From an uncultured Christensenellaceae bacterium (lineage in GTDB: Bacteria > Bacillota > Clostridia > Christensenellales > UBA3700), in contig OZ006985.1 in the NCBI GenBank assembly GCA_963931165.1, positions 655,900-719,899 on the forward strand: a stretch of DNA of 64,000 bases, given 5' to 3'. Under the pieces are notes generated by a model that saw only the letters and a program-made list of their open reading frames with translations, was not told the origin of the DNA and did no database searches. The position numbers were made by a program, and so were the translations under genes. Every line of letters starts with the position of its first letter. Position 1 is the first letter of the stretch. This document shows, piece by piece, positions 34,051 to 42,549 of this stretch.

Positions 34051-34079
34051 TTGAAAAGGGCGGGCGCGTATGCTATAAT
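34051..34079 (+). promoter_or_regulatory. Sigma-A promoter of the hydrogenase operon
   Basis: TTGAAA-N17-TGcTATAAT. Confidence 0.6.
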
Positions 34080-34083
34080 AACA

Positions 34084-34101
34084 TTGTTAAATAATAAACG
34101 A
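34084..34101. promoter_or_regulatory. Rex-box-like site overlapping +1 of the hydrogenase promoter
   Basis: TTGTTAAATAATAAACGA matches 12 of 14 specified positions of the clostridial Rex consensus TTGTTAANNNNTTAACAA. It also contains TAACAtTGTTA (34079-34089). Confidence 0.35.
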
Positions 34102-34121
34102 GCCCTTCGGGGCGCGTTTTT
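34099..34121 (+). promoter_or_regulatory. Terminator-like hairpin inside the short hydrogenase 5' UTR (possible attenuator)
   Basis: CGAGCCC-TTCG-GGGCGCG hairpin followed by TTTTT, located between the predicted +1 and the SD (GGTGAGGAG). Confidence 0.35.
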
Positions 34122-34135
34122 AAGGTGAGGAGAAT

Positions 34136-34630
34136 ATGAGCGAAAAGAAATCGACTTTCCACGGCACCGCCGCGCAGAAAGCGGAGCTTCAAGCCGTCAT
34201 CGAGGAGTCAAAGCACATCCCTGGCAGCTTGGTGCACGTCTTGCAGCGCGCGCAGGGCATTTACGGCTATCTCCCGATCGAGGTGCAGACGATCATTGCC
34301 GAAGGCATGGGCGTCTCGCTTTCCGAGGTCTATGGGGTGGCCACTTTTTATTCGCAATTTTCGTTGACGCCCAAGGGCAAACACCGCATCAGCGTATGTC
34401 TCGGCACCGCTTGTTACGTCAAGGGGTCGGACAAGATCTTGGAGGCTGTCGAAAAGGAGTTGGGGATCAAGTGCGGCGAGTGCACCGAGGACGGCTTGTT
34501 CTCGATCGACAGCTGCCGTTGCGTGGGCGCGTGCGGACTTGCGCCGGTCATGATGATCGACGACGAAGTTTACGGCAAGCTCGAACCGGGCAAGGTCAAG
34601 GCGATCATCGCCAAGTACAGGGAGGCGTGA
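34136..34630 (+). CDS. hydC: NuoE-like [2Fe-2S] subunit of NADH-dependent [FeFe] hydrogenase (HydC)
   Basis: Motifs are ISVCLGTACYVKGS and CRCVGACGLAPVMMID. Confidence 0.9.
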   Translation: MSEKKSTFHGTAAQKAELQAVIEESKHIPGSLVHVLQRAQGIYGYLPIEVQTIIAEGMGVSLSEVYGVATFYSQFSLTPKGKHRISVCLGTACYVKGSDKILEAVEKELGIKCGECTEDGLFSIDSCRCVGACGLAPVMMIDDEVYGKLEPGKVKAIIAKYREA

Positions 34631-34631
34631 G

Positions 34632-36524
34632 ATGACGATCAAAGAGTTGGACAAGATCCGCGAGTCCAAAAAGGACCTGATCGCGGTGCGCCGCCTCGTC
34701 AAAGAGGAGGGCGAAAAGCTGGCGAAAAAGACGGGCTACCGCAAGCAGGTGCTCGTATGCGGCGGCACGGGGTGCACGTCGTCCCACTCGATGAAGGTCA
34801 TCGAGAGATTGGAAGCGACGTTGAAGGAGATGGGTCTCGACGACGTCTTGGTCGTCAAGACGGGCTGTTTCGGGCTTTGCTCGCTGGGGCCGATCATGAT
34901 CGTCTATCCCGAGGGCGCGTTCTATGCGCAGATGACGCCCGAGCACGCCGAGACTGTGGTCAAACAGCACCTTGTCAAGGGCGGGAGCATCGTCAAGGAG
35001 CTGCTCTACGCGGGCACGGTGACCGAGAGCGGCGACATCATACCGTTCGCGGAGACGCCGTTCTACAAAAAGCAGATGCGCATCGCGCTTCGCAATTGCG
35101 GCGTGATCGCGCCCGAGGACATCACCGAGGCGATCGCGGCGGGCGACTATGCGGCGCTCGAAAAGGTTTTGACGACGATGACCCCGGACGACGTCATCAG
35201 CGAGATGCTGGCGTCGGGCTTGCGCGGCAGGGGCGGCGCGGGCTTCCCGACGGGGCGCAAGTGGTCGTTTGCGAAGGCGTCGCAGGGCGACGTCAAGTAT
35301 GTCTGCTGCAACGCGGACGAGGGCGACCCGGGCGCGTTCATGGACAGGTCGGTGCTCGAAGGCGACCCGCATTGCGTGCTCGAAGCGATGGCGATCGCCG
35401 GCTATGCGATCGGTTCGCATTACGGCTACATATATGTGCGCGCGGAGTATCCTGTCGCGGTCGAGAGGCTCAACATCGCGATCGAGCAGGCGCGCGAATA
35501 CGGGTTGCTGGGCAAAGACATCTTGGGCAGCGGTTTTGATTTCGACATCGAGATCAGGCTGGGCGCGGGCGCGTTCGTCTGCGGCGAGGAGACCGCTTTG
35601 ATGACCAGCATAGAGGGGCACAGAGGCGAGCCTCGTCCCCGTCCGCCGTTCCCGGCGGTCAAGGGCTTGTTCGGCAAGCCGACCATTCTCAACAACGTCG
35701 AGACGTGGGCGAACGTCAACCCCATCATCATGAACGGCGCGGCGTGGTTCTCGTCGATCGGGACGGAGTCGTCTTCGGGCACCAAGGTGTTCGCTTTGGG
35801 CGGCAAGATCACCAACGTCGGACTTGTCGAAGTGCCGATGGGCACGACTTTGCGCGAGATCGTCGAAGAGATCGGCGGCGGCATCCCGAACGGCAAAAAG
35901 TTCAAGGCGGCGCAGACGGGCGGACCGTCGGGCGGCTGCATCCCGGCGTCGTGCATAGACACTCCGATCGACTATGACAGTCTGATTGCGATAGGCTCGA
36001 TGATGGGCAGCGGCGGCATGATCATTTTGGACGAAGATTCGTGCATGGTGGACATCTCCAAGTTCTATTTGGAGTTCACCGCGGACGAGTCGTGCGGCAA
36101 GTGCACGCCCTGCCGTATCGGCACAAAGAGGCTGCTGCAATTGTTGACCAAGATCACCGAGGGCAAGGGTGAGCCGGAGGATCTGGACAAGATCGAGGAG
36201 CTTGCCAACCACATGAAGCAGTCGTCGCTGTGTGCGCTCGGTCAGTCGGCGCCCAACCCGGTGCTGTCGACGATGCGCTATTTCCGCGACGAATACGAGG
36301 ATCACATCCTGCGCAAGGAGTGCAAGGCGAAGGTGTGCAAGGCGTTGATGAGCTACTACATCGATCCGGACAAGTGCCGCGGCTGTACGCTGTGCGCGCG
36401 CAACTGTCCGGTCAAGGCGATCAGCGGCGCGGTCAAGCAGCCGCATGTGATCGACAGGACCAAGTGCGTCAAGTGCGGACTTTGCGAGAGCAATTGCAAG
36501 TTCGGCGCGATCGAGAGGAGGTGA
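34632..36524 (+). CDS. hydB: NuoF-like flavoprotein subunit (HydB) with an N-terminal [2Fe-2S] domain and C-terminal ferredoxin domains
   Basis: Motifs are GLRGRGGAGFPTGRKW, NADEGDPGAFMDR, ESCGKCTPCRIG and a C-terminal CRGCTLCARNCP / CVKCGLCESNCK pair. Confidence 0.9.
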   Translation: MTIKELDKIRESKKDLIAVRRLVKEEGEKLAKKTGYRKQVLVCGGTGCTSSHSMKVIERLEATLKEMGLDDVLVVKTGCFGLCSLGPIMIVYPEGAFYAQMTPEHAETVVKQHLVKGGSIVKELLYAGTVTESGDIIPFAETPFYKKQMRIALRNCGVIAPEDITEAIAAGDYAALEKVLTTMTPDDVISEMLASGLRGRGGAGFPTGRKWSFAKASQGDVKYVCCNADEGDPGAFMDRSVLEGDPHCVLEAMAIAGYAIGSHYGYIYVRAEYPVAVERLNIAIEQAREYGLLGKDILGSGFDFDIEIRLGAGAFVCGEETALMTSIEGHRGEPRPRPPFPAVKGLFGKPTILNNVETWANVNPIIMNGAAWFSSIGTESSSGTKVFALGGKITNVGLVEVPMGTTLREIVEEIGGGIPNGKKFKAAQTGGPSGGCIPASCIDTPIDYDSLIAIGSMMGSGGMIILDEDSCMVDISKFYLEFTADESCGKCTPCRIGTKRLLQLLTKITEGKGEPEDLDKIEELANHMKQSSLCALGQSAPNPVLSTMRYFRDEYEDHILRKECKAKVCKALMSYYIDPDKCRGCTLCARNCPVKAISGAVKQPHVIDRTKCVKCGLCESNCKFGAIERR

Positions 36525-36528
36525 CGGT

Positions 36529-38265
36529 ATGGAAAACGTTCAGCAAAAAATGGTCAATCTCAAGATCAACGGCATAGCGGTCACCGTTCCCGAGGGGACG
36601 ACGATATTGCAGGCGGCGCGCAAGGCTCATATCGAGATCCCGACGCTGTGCTATCTCAAAGACGTCAGCTGCGTCGGTTCGTGCCGCATGTGCGTGGTCG
36701 AGGCGACGGGCGCGAGAGGGCTTGTCGCGGCGTGCGTCTATCCGGTCGCGGAGGGCATGGAGGTGCGCACCAACACCGACAAGTGCCGCCGTTCGCGCAA
36801 GCTGACGCTTGAACTCATTCTCAGCAAGCACAAAAAGAAGTGTCTTTCGTGCGAGCGCAACCACAATTGCGAACTTCAAAAGTTGTCGCTCGGCTACTAC
36901 GTCGACGAGGACAGGTTCAAGGGCGAGGACTTCGTCTTGCCCATCGACATGTCGACGCCGTACGTCGTCCGCGACAACGACAAGTGCATCAACTGTATGC
37001 GCTGCGTCGCAGCCTGCCGCAAGCAGAGCGTCAACGCGATAGGTCCGATCGGCAGGGGCTTCCACGTCCACATCGGCAGCGCGTTCGACAGACCGCTCGT
37101 CGATTCGCCGTGCGTGGGCTGCGGACAATGTATTGTCGCGTGCCCGGTCGGCGCGCTGTCCGAGAGGACGACGACGGGCGACGTATGGGCGGCGCTTTCC
37201 GATCCGTCCAAAAAGGTGGTGTTCTTCACCGCGCCGTCGATCAGGGCGACGCTGGGCGAGGCGTTCGACATGCCTGTCGGCACCAACGTCGAGGGCAAGA
37301 TGGTCGCGGCGATCCGCAGGCTGGGTCCGGACGCGGTGTTCAACATGGACGTCACCGCCGACCTCACGATCATGGAGGAGGCGAGCGAGCTGATCAACCG
37401 CATCAAGACGGGCAAGCCGCTGCCGATGTTCACGTCGTGCTGTCCGGGGTGGATCAAGTTCGTCGAACAGACCTATCCCGAGATGATCCCGCACCTTTCG
37501 ACCTGCAAGTCGCCGCAGCAGATGTTCGGCGCGTTGCTCAAAAGCTATTGGTGCGAAAAGAACGGCATCGATCCCAAGAACCTCTACGTCGTCAGCATCA
37601 TTCCGTGCACGGCGAAGAAATACGAGTGCACGCGCGAGGAGATGAATGACGACGTCGACGCGGCGTTGACGACGCGCGAACTTGCGCGCATGATCAAGAC
37701 CGCGGGCATCAAGTTCGCCGAGCTTCCCGACGAAGAATTTGACAATCCGTTCGCATTGGCGTCGGGCGGCGGCGCGATCTTCGGCGCGACGGGCGGCGTC
37801 ATGGAGGCGGCGTTGAGGGCGGCGGCTCATATGCTGGACGGCAGCTTTGAGGTGCTCGACTTCTTCAGCGTGCGCGGCGCCGAACCGATCAAAGAGGCGA
37901 CCTATCTCGTCGCGGGACACCCGATCAAAGTCGCGGTCGCGTCCGGGCTTTCCAACGCACGCAAGATCGTCGAGCAAGTCAAGTCGGGCGAGAAGAAGTA
38001 CGATTTCATCGAGATCATGGCGTGCCCGGGCGGCTGCGTCAACGGCGGCGGACAGCCGACGCTCTCGGACAGCGTTCGCAATTCCACCGAGCTCAAAGAG
38101 GCGAGGGCAAAGGCTCTCTACACGTCGGACGCGACCAACAAATTGCGCCGTTCGTCCGACTCGCCGGTGATGAACGTCATCTATGACGACTACTTCGGCT
38201 TCCCCAACAGCGCCAAGGCGCACAAGCTCCTTCACACGTCCTACAAGGCGGACAAGAAGGTCTGA
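36529..38265 (+). CDS. hydA: [FeFe] hydrogenase catalytic subunit (HydA, bifurcating group A3 architecture)
   Basis: N-terminal 2Fe-2S and 4Fe-4S domains, plus H-cluster motifs FTSCCPGWIKF, IPCTAKKYE and MACPGGCVNGGGQP. Confidence 0.92.
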   Translation: MENVQQKMVNLKINGIAVTVPEGTTILQAARKAHIEIPTLCYLKDVSCVGSCRMCVVEATGARGLVAACVYPVAEGMEVRTNTDKCRRSRKLTLELILSKHKKKCLSCERNHNCELQKLSLGYYVDEDRFKGEDFVLPIDMSTPYVVRDNDKCINCMRCVAACRKQSVNAIGPIGRGFHVHIGSAFDRPLVDSPCVGCGQCIVACPVGALSERTTTGDVWAALSDPSKKVVFFTAPSIRATLGEAFDMPVGTNVEGKMVAAIRRLGPDAVFNMDVTADLTIMEEASELINRIKTGKPLPMFTSCCPGWIKFVEQTYPEMIPHLSTCKSPQQMFGALLKSYWCEKNGIDPKNLYVVSIIPCTAKKYECTREEMNDDVDAALTTRELARMIKTAGIKFAELPDEEFDNPFALASGGGAIFGATGGVMEAALRAAAHMLDGSFEVLDFFSVRGAEPIKEATYLVAGHPIKVAVASGLSNARKIVEQVKSGEKKYDFIEIMACPGGCVNGGGQPTLSDSVRNSTELKEARAKALYTSDATNKLRRSSDSPVMNVIYDDYFGFPNSAKAHKLLHTSYKADKKV

Positions 38266-38313
38266 TACAGCCAAGAAAAGGACGGTCCCCGAGCCGTCCC
38301 ATGCAGAAGAAAA

Positions 38314-38342
38314 GACGCGGTTCTTACGAGCCGCGCCTTTTT
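38314..38342 (+). terminator. Rho-independent terminator of the hydrogenase operon
   Basis: GACGCGGTTC-TTAC-GAGCCGCGCC hairpin followed by TTTTT. Confidence 0.75.
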
Positions 38343-38490
38343 CGCGAGCAGCGGTTTGAGTCAAGCGTGAAGGTCGATCGAGCGCGGAGCCGATCTAAAA
38401 ACAGAGAAAAAGGCTAAACTGCAAAACGCCGGTAGACTTGTTTGAACAAGAATTGCAAAAGTGTTGCACTTAACTTGAATTCACTGACGC

Positions 38491-38520
38491 AAAAAAGCGG
38501 GGCGGTTCGCCTCGCTTTTT
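38491..38520. terminator. Terminator downstream of trmL (minus strand; bidirectional shape)
   Basis: A6-GCGGGG-CGGTTCG-CCTCGC-T5. Confidence 0.7.
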
Positions 38521-39074
38521 CAATCTTCGTATTGCGTCAATTTGCCGTCTTCTTTCAAGCCGGCGAAGTCGTGCTGCCGGAGATATTCGTAGACGATGAT
38601 CGCCACGCTGTTGGCGAGGTTGAGCGAGCGCGCGTTTGCGCGCATAGGTATGCGCACGCAATCGTCGTAATTGGCGTGCAGGATGTCCTCGGGCAGTCCC
38701 TTTGTCTCTCTGCCGAAAAAGACGTAGCAATCTCTTTGGTAATTCACCTCGCAATGGGTGTGTCTGGACTTGGTCGACGCGTACAAAAATTGCGTGCCCG
38801 TGTTTGTCTTCGTCACTTTGAGGTCGGTCGGCACGTCGCCTGTGTTCACCGCCTTGTCGCCGAAGTTTGCGGCGAGGAAGGCGTGCATGTCGGGATATCT
38901 GCGCACGTCCGAGATCTCCCAATAGTCGAGACCGCTGCGTTTGAGATATTTGTCTTCCCAGCTGAATCCGCACGGCTCGATGACGTGCAGGACCGCGCCG
39001 GTCGCCGCGCAGGTGCGGACGATGTTGCCGGTATTGTTGGGGATCTCGGGGTTGACCAGGACGACGTTGATCAT
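38520..39074 (-). CDS. trmL: tRNA (cytidine/uridine-34-2'-O)-methyltransferase, SpoU/TrmL family
   Basis: MINVVLVNPEIPNNTGNIVRTCAATG and C-terminal RSLNLANSVAIIVYE. ATGA overlap with gltX. It carries a ~20-aa internal insertion relative to the E. coli TrmL as I remember it. Confidence 0.85.
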   Translation of the reverse strand: MINVVLVNPEIPNNTGNIVRTCAATGAVLHVIEPCGFSWEDKYLKRSGLDYWEISDVRRYPDMHAFLAANFGDKAVNTGDVPTDLKVTKTNTGTQFLYASTKSRHTHCEVNYQRDCYVFFGRETKGLPEDILHANYDDCVRIPMRANARSLNLANSVAIIVYEYLRQHDFAGLKEDGKLTQYED

Positions 39075-40519
39075 GCCAGCGCCTCTCGGAGCAGCGCGAT
39101 CGAAAAGTCGAGACGTTTGAGGCTCTCTTCTTTGCCCAGCAATTCCGCCATCTCTGTCGCGCCGCCGGGGGTGGTCGCCGCGCCGGTGATCGCGAGGCGG
39201 AGGGGCAGATAGATCTGACCCGTCTTTCTGCCCTCTCTTTCGGCGAGCGCGTTGAGCGCGGCTTTGAGCGACTCGTCCGTCCACTCGTCGACGGAGGGGA
39301 GCAGCTCGGCGCACTTTTGCAGCACTTCGAGCGCAAGCGGCATCGTGATCTTCATCTTTTTGTGTTCGAACATCGTCGGGTCATACTTGCCGAACGAGCG
39401 CAGGCACTCCACCTTTTCGGGGATCTCGGACAAGATCTCGACGCGGGGGATGAGCAATTTTGCGACTTTGAGATAGTCGTACTTGCCGGCGACCGCGCTC
39501 TCGTCCAAGAATTTGCGCGCGCGCTCGACGAACTTCTCGGGAGTCATCTCCTTGATGTATTCGCCGTTGAGCCAGCGCATCTTTGCCTCGTCGAAGATGG
39601 ACGGCGACTTGGAGATGCCGTCGACGTCGAACAGTTCGATCAATTCGTCCATGCTCAATTTTTCGCGGTCGTTTTTGGGGCTCCAGCCGAGCAGCGCGAT
39701 GTAGTTGACGATCGCCTCGGGCAGATAGCCCTTTGCGAGGAAGTCCTCGAAGTTGGCGTCGCCGTAGCGCTTGGACAGCTTGCGCTGCGCGTCCTTCATG
39801 ATGGGCGGCAGGTGCATATAGTGCGGTCTCTCCCAGCCGAACGAATCGTAGAGCAGATTGTATTTGGGAGTGGAGGAGAGATATTCCATGCCGCGGATGA
39901 CGTAGTTGATGTGCATCAGGTGGTCGTCGACGACGTTGGCGAAGTTGTAGGTCGGCATGCCGTCCGACTTGATGAGAATGTTGTCCTCCATGTCGGCGTT
40001 GGGGACGGCGATGTGTCCGAAGACCATGTCGTCATATTCGCTCACGCCCTCGGTGGGGACGTTTTGGCGGATGACGTACGGTTCGCCTGCGGCGAGGCGC
40101 GCCTCGACTTCTTCTTTGGACAGGCTCAGGCAATGTTTGTCATACTTGTGCACGCCGTTTTCGCCGCCGAGGGTGGCGAGGCGCTCTTTGGTGCAAAAGC
40201 AATAGTACGCGCCGCCCGTCTCGACCAGCTTTTTGGCGTATTCGAGATAGAGGGGCTTGCGTTCGCTTTGGATATAGGGGCCGTATCCGCCGTCCTTGTC
40301 GGGGCCTTCGTCGTGGGAGATGCCGGCGGTCTCGAGGGTGCGGTAGATGACGTCGACCGCGCCTTCGACATAGCGTTCGCGGTCGGTGTCCTCAATGCGC
40401 AGCACGAAGGTGCCGCCGCGCTTTTTGGCGTAGAGGTAGGCGTACAGGCAGGTACGCAGGTTGCCGATATGCATAAAGCCCGTGGGAGAGGGGGCGAATC
40501 TCGTTCTTACTTTTTCCAT
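39071..40519 (-). CDS. gltX: Glutamate--tRNA ligase
   Basis: The HIGH motif is RFAPSPTGFMHIGNLRT and the KMSKS-like motif is KLSKR. Start chosen at MEKVRT with a GAGG SD. Confidence 0.92.
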   Translation of the reverse strand: MEKVRTRFAPSPTGFMHIGNLRTCLYAYLYAKKRGGTFVLRIEDTDRERYVEGAVDVIYRTLETAGISHDEGPDKDGGYGPYIQSERKPLYLEYAKKLVETGGAYYCFCTKERLATLGGENGVHKYDKHCLSLSKEEVEARLAAGEPYVIRQNVPTEGVSEYDDMVFGHIAVPNADMEDNILIKSDGMPTYNFANVVDDHLMHINYVIRGMEYLSSTPKYNLLYDSFGWERPHYMHLPPIMKDAQRKLSKRYGDANFEDFLAKGYLPEAIVNYIALLGWSPKNDREKLSMDELIELFDVDGISKSPSIFDEAKMRWLNGEYIKEMTPEKFVERARKFLDESAVAGKYDYLKVAKLLIPRVEILSEIPEKVECLRSFGKYDPTMFEHKKMKITMPLALEVLQKCAELLPSVDEWTDESLKAALNALAEREGRKTGQIYLPLRLAITGAATTPGGATEMAELLGKEESLKRLDFSIALLREALA

Positions 40520-40691
40520 AATACCTCGCGTGTTTCTATTATGATAGCACAAACCGCGCCGAAAACAAAGGAAAATCGCTCACGCGGCGAAAATTGCGAA
40601 ATTTTTGCGAGGGCATTGCGCGAGACGGCTTGCAAGTGGTATAATCGATACGGATACAAGAGAGGAGAGCGGCTCTGCCGCGCGGGAGAAT

Positions 40692-42152
40692 ATGAAATTG
40701 TCCGTTAAAGAAAAGGTCTGTTATGGTCTCGGGGATCTGTCCGCCAACATTTTGTTCGCGGCGATCTCCTTCTATTTGCTTTACTTTTTTGTCAATGTCG
40801 GCGGGCTTTCGCCCGGGCTGGCGTCGGCGGTGTTCCTCATCGCCAAGGCGTGGGACGCGATCACCGACTACCTGATGGGGCGCATCACCGACAAGACTCA
40901 AAGCAAGTGGGGCAAGCGCAGGGTATATATGCTGTTCGGCGCGCTGCCGTACGGGCTGTGTTTTCTGTTGCTTTGGCTGGTGCCGGGCGGCGCCGATCAA
41001 CAATGGGAAAAGATGCTGTACTACACCTTTGCCTACATGCTGTTCAACACCGCATGGACGGTCGTCTACATCCCGTACAACTCCGTTACCGCCAACATGA
41101 CGGACGACTATGACGAGAGGACTTCGCTCAACGGCATCCGTATTGCGCTCGCCAACGTCGGGCTCATCATCGGCGCGGCGGTGTTCGCGCTGCTTGCGGA
41201 CGGCGTCGAGAGCGTGTTTTACGGCATATTCGGCGACAGCAAGCGCGCCTATCTTCTCGCCGCGGGCATATTTGCGGCGATTGCGGTCGCGATCATGTTT
41301 TTCAGCGGCTACAACATCAAAGAGCGCGTGTCCGACGCGCCCGAGAACGACAAGGGCTTTTTCACCACGCTCAAAGAATTTTTCAAGCTGCCCGAGTTCC
41401 GCAACATCATGATGTGCTACCTGCTCAGCATGGTCGGGTTTGACATCATCATGGCGGTGTTCATGTTCTTCATCAACGACTCGCTCGGCTTCGGCGGCGG
41501 CGCGATGGCGATGATCTTTGTTGCGATCCCGCTCGTCTGCGCGATAGCGTCGTCCGCACTATGGGTCAAGCTCAGCGAGAAGTACAACAAGCACAAGGTC
41601 TACGTCGCCGCATGCGTGTATATGGCGTTCGTGCTGTTGTTCGCGATCTTCGTGCCGGCAGAGACGGTCTGGTCGACGGTGCTTTTGTGTGTGTTCGCAG
41701 GGGCCGGGATGTCGGCTATACAGATCTTGCCCTATGCGGGCGTGCCCGATGTCATAGAGGTGGACGAGTACGTCAACGGCGTCCGCCGCGAGGGCGCCTA
41801 CTACGGCATAACTCAATTCATGTACAAGATCGCCAGCGGCGTATCCATCGCGCTCGTATCGCTCGTACTCGAGGCGTTCGGCTACACCGAGAGCATGGAC
41901 GGCACGGTGATCGATCAGCCCGACAGCGCGCTTATGGCGGTGCGTGTCGTGCTCGGCGTGCTTCCCGGCGTTATCTTCCTTGTCTCTATCGTCTTTTCGC
42001 ACAGGGCGAACATGGGGCGCGACCGCTTCAATATGATCAAAGAGGAGCTTGCCAAGCGCCGCGCCGCGGCGGAAGACGACGTAAGCGGCGAGAGCGCAGC
42101 CGTCGATACCGCCGATAGTGCCTCTCACGGCGGCGGAAAGTTTGCGGAATGA
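40692..42152 (+). CDS. MFS glycoside-pentoside-hexuronide (GPH):cation symporter family transporter
   Basis: GPH signature AWDAITDYLMGRITDKTQSKWGKRR and 12 TM helices. An extended -10 (TGgTATAAT) lies at 40637-40645. Confidence 0.8.
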   Translation: MKLSVKEKVCYGLGDLSANILFAAISFYLLYFFVNVGGLSPGLASAVFLIAKAWDAITDYLMGRITDKTQSKWGKRRVYMLFGALPYGLCFLLLWLVPGGADQQWEKMLYYTFAYMLFNTAWTVVYIPYNSVTANMTDDYDERTSLNGIRIALANVGLIIGAAVFALLADGVESVFYGIFGDSKRAYLLAAGIFAAIAVAIMFFSGYNIKERVSDAPENDKGFFTTLKEFFKLPEFRNIMMCYLLSMVGFDIIMAVFMFFINDSLGFGGGAMAMIFVAIPLVCAIASSALWVKLSEKYNKHKVYVAACVYMAFVLLFAIFVPAETVWSTVLLCVFAGAGMSAIQILPYAGVPDVIEVDEYVNGVRREGAYYGITQFMYKIASGVSIALVSLVLEAFGYTESMDGTVIDQPDSALMAVRVVLGVLPGVIFLVSIVFSHRANMGRDRFNMIKEELAKRRAAAEDDVSGESAAVDTADSASHGGGKFAE

Positions 42153-42171
42153 GAGACCGGTTCATGAAAAG

Positions 42172-42199
42172 CGCGTGCGTTTCGGCGCGCGCGTTTTTT
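42172..42199 (+). terminator. Rho-independent terminator
   Basis: CGCGTGC-GTTTCG-GCGCGCG hairpin followed by CG and TTTTTT. Confidence 0.6.
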
Positions 42200-42213
42200 A
42201 TTTGTCGATATAG

Positions 42214-42242
42214 TTGACTTATCCCTTTCTTTTGGTTACAAT
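42214..42242 (+). promoter_or_regulatory. Sigma-A promoter of the polyamine operon
   Basis: TTGACT-N17-TACAAT. Confidence 0.55.
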
Positions 42243-42549
42243 AGGGGTACATGGGATATCACAGAGTATCCATGCAAATATTCGGACCTCCCGCAAGGAT
42301 AAGGCCATACGGACAGCCGGGTCCACTGCCGATCGCAACGCAAGTTGCCTTATTGTGATCGAGTTCGCTCGATCTTATGAGTTGGTTACTCAACAAACAG
42401 TGCGAAAGCACAAACCGCTTGTAAAACAATCAATAAGAGTAGTAAAAGTGTATTTGCTATATAGACTCTGAAGATATCCGTGGAGGATCTCACGGTTGTT
42501 TTACGGGCGATATGCGGAGTGCATGTCGCCTTTCTCATGGGAGACGCTT
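42243..42549 (+). promoter_or_regulatory. Structured 5' leader of ~300 nt upstream of the polyamine operon (candidate cis-regulatory RNA of unrecognised class)
   Basis: Multiple hairpins are present, including GAUCGAG-UUCG-CUCGAUC (42357-42374), GUGC-GAAA-GCAC (42400-42411) and a 10-bp terminator-like stem GGCGAUAUGC/GCAUGUCGCC (42506-42530) followed by UUUCUC. No plausible protein is encoded. Confidence 0.5.

Noticed and set aside
42214-42471. Tracked 85-aa ORF (MTYPFLLVTIGVHG...) in the polyamine-operon leader as a protein-coding gene
   Set aside because: It starts inside the -35 box and has no SD. Its composition is implausible, and it runs through a series of strong RNA hairpins. The region is better explained as a structured leader.
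42243-42549. The polyamine-operon leader as a T-box, SAM-I or ykkC/guanidine-I riboswitch
   Set aside because: I could not find the T-box 14-mer (GGUGGNACCGCG-like). The SAM-I core (…GAGGGA…GCAACC…) was also absent. Only a loose resemblance to the ykkC ACGG…GCCCGGG segment was seen. A covariance-model search is still needed.
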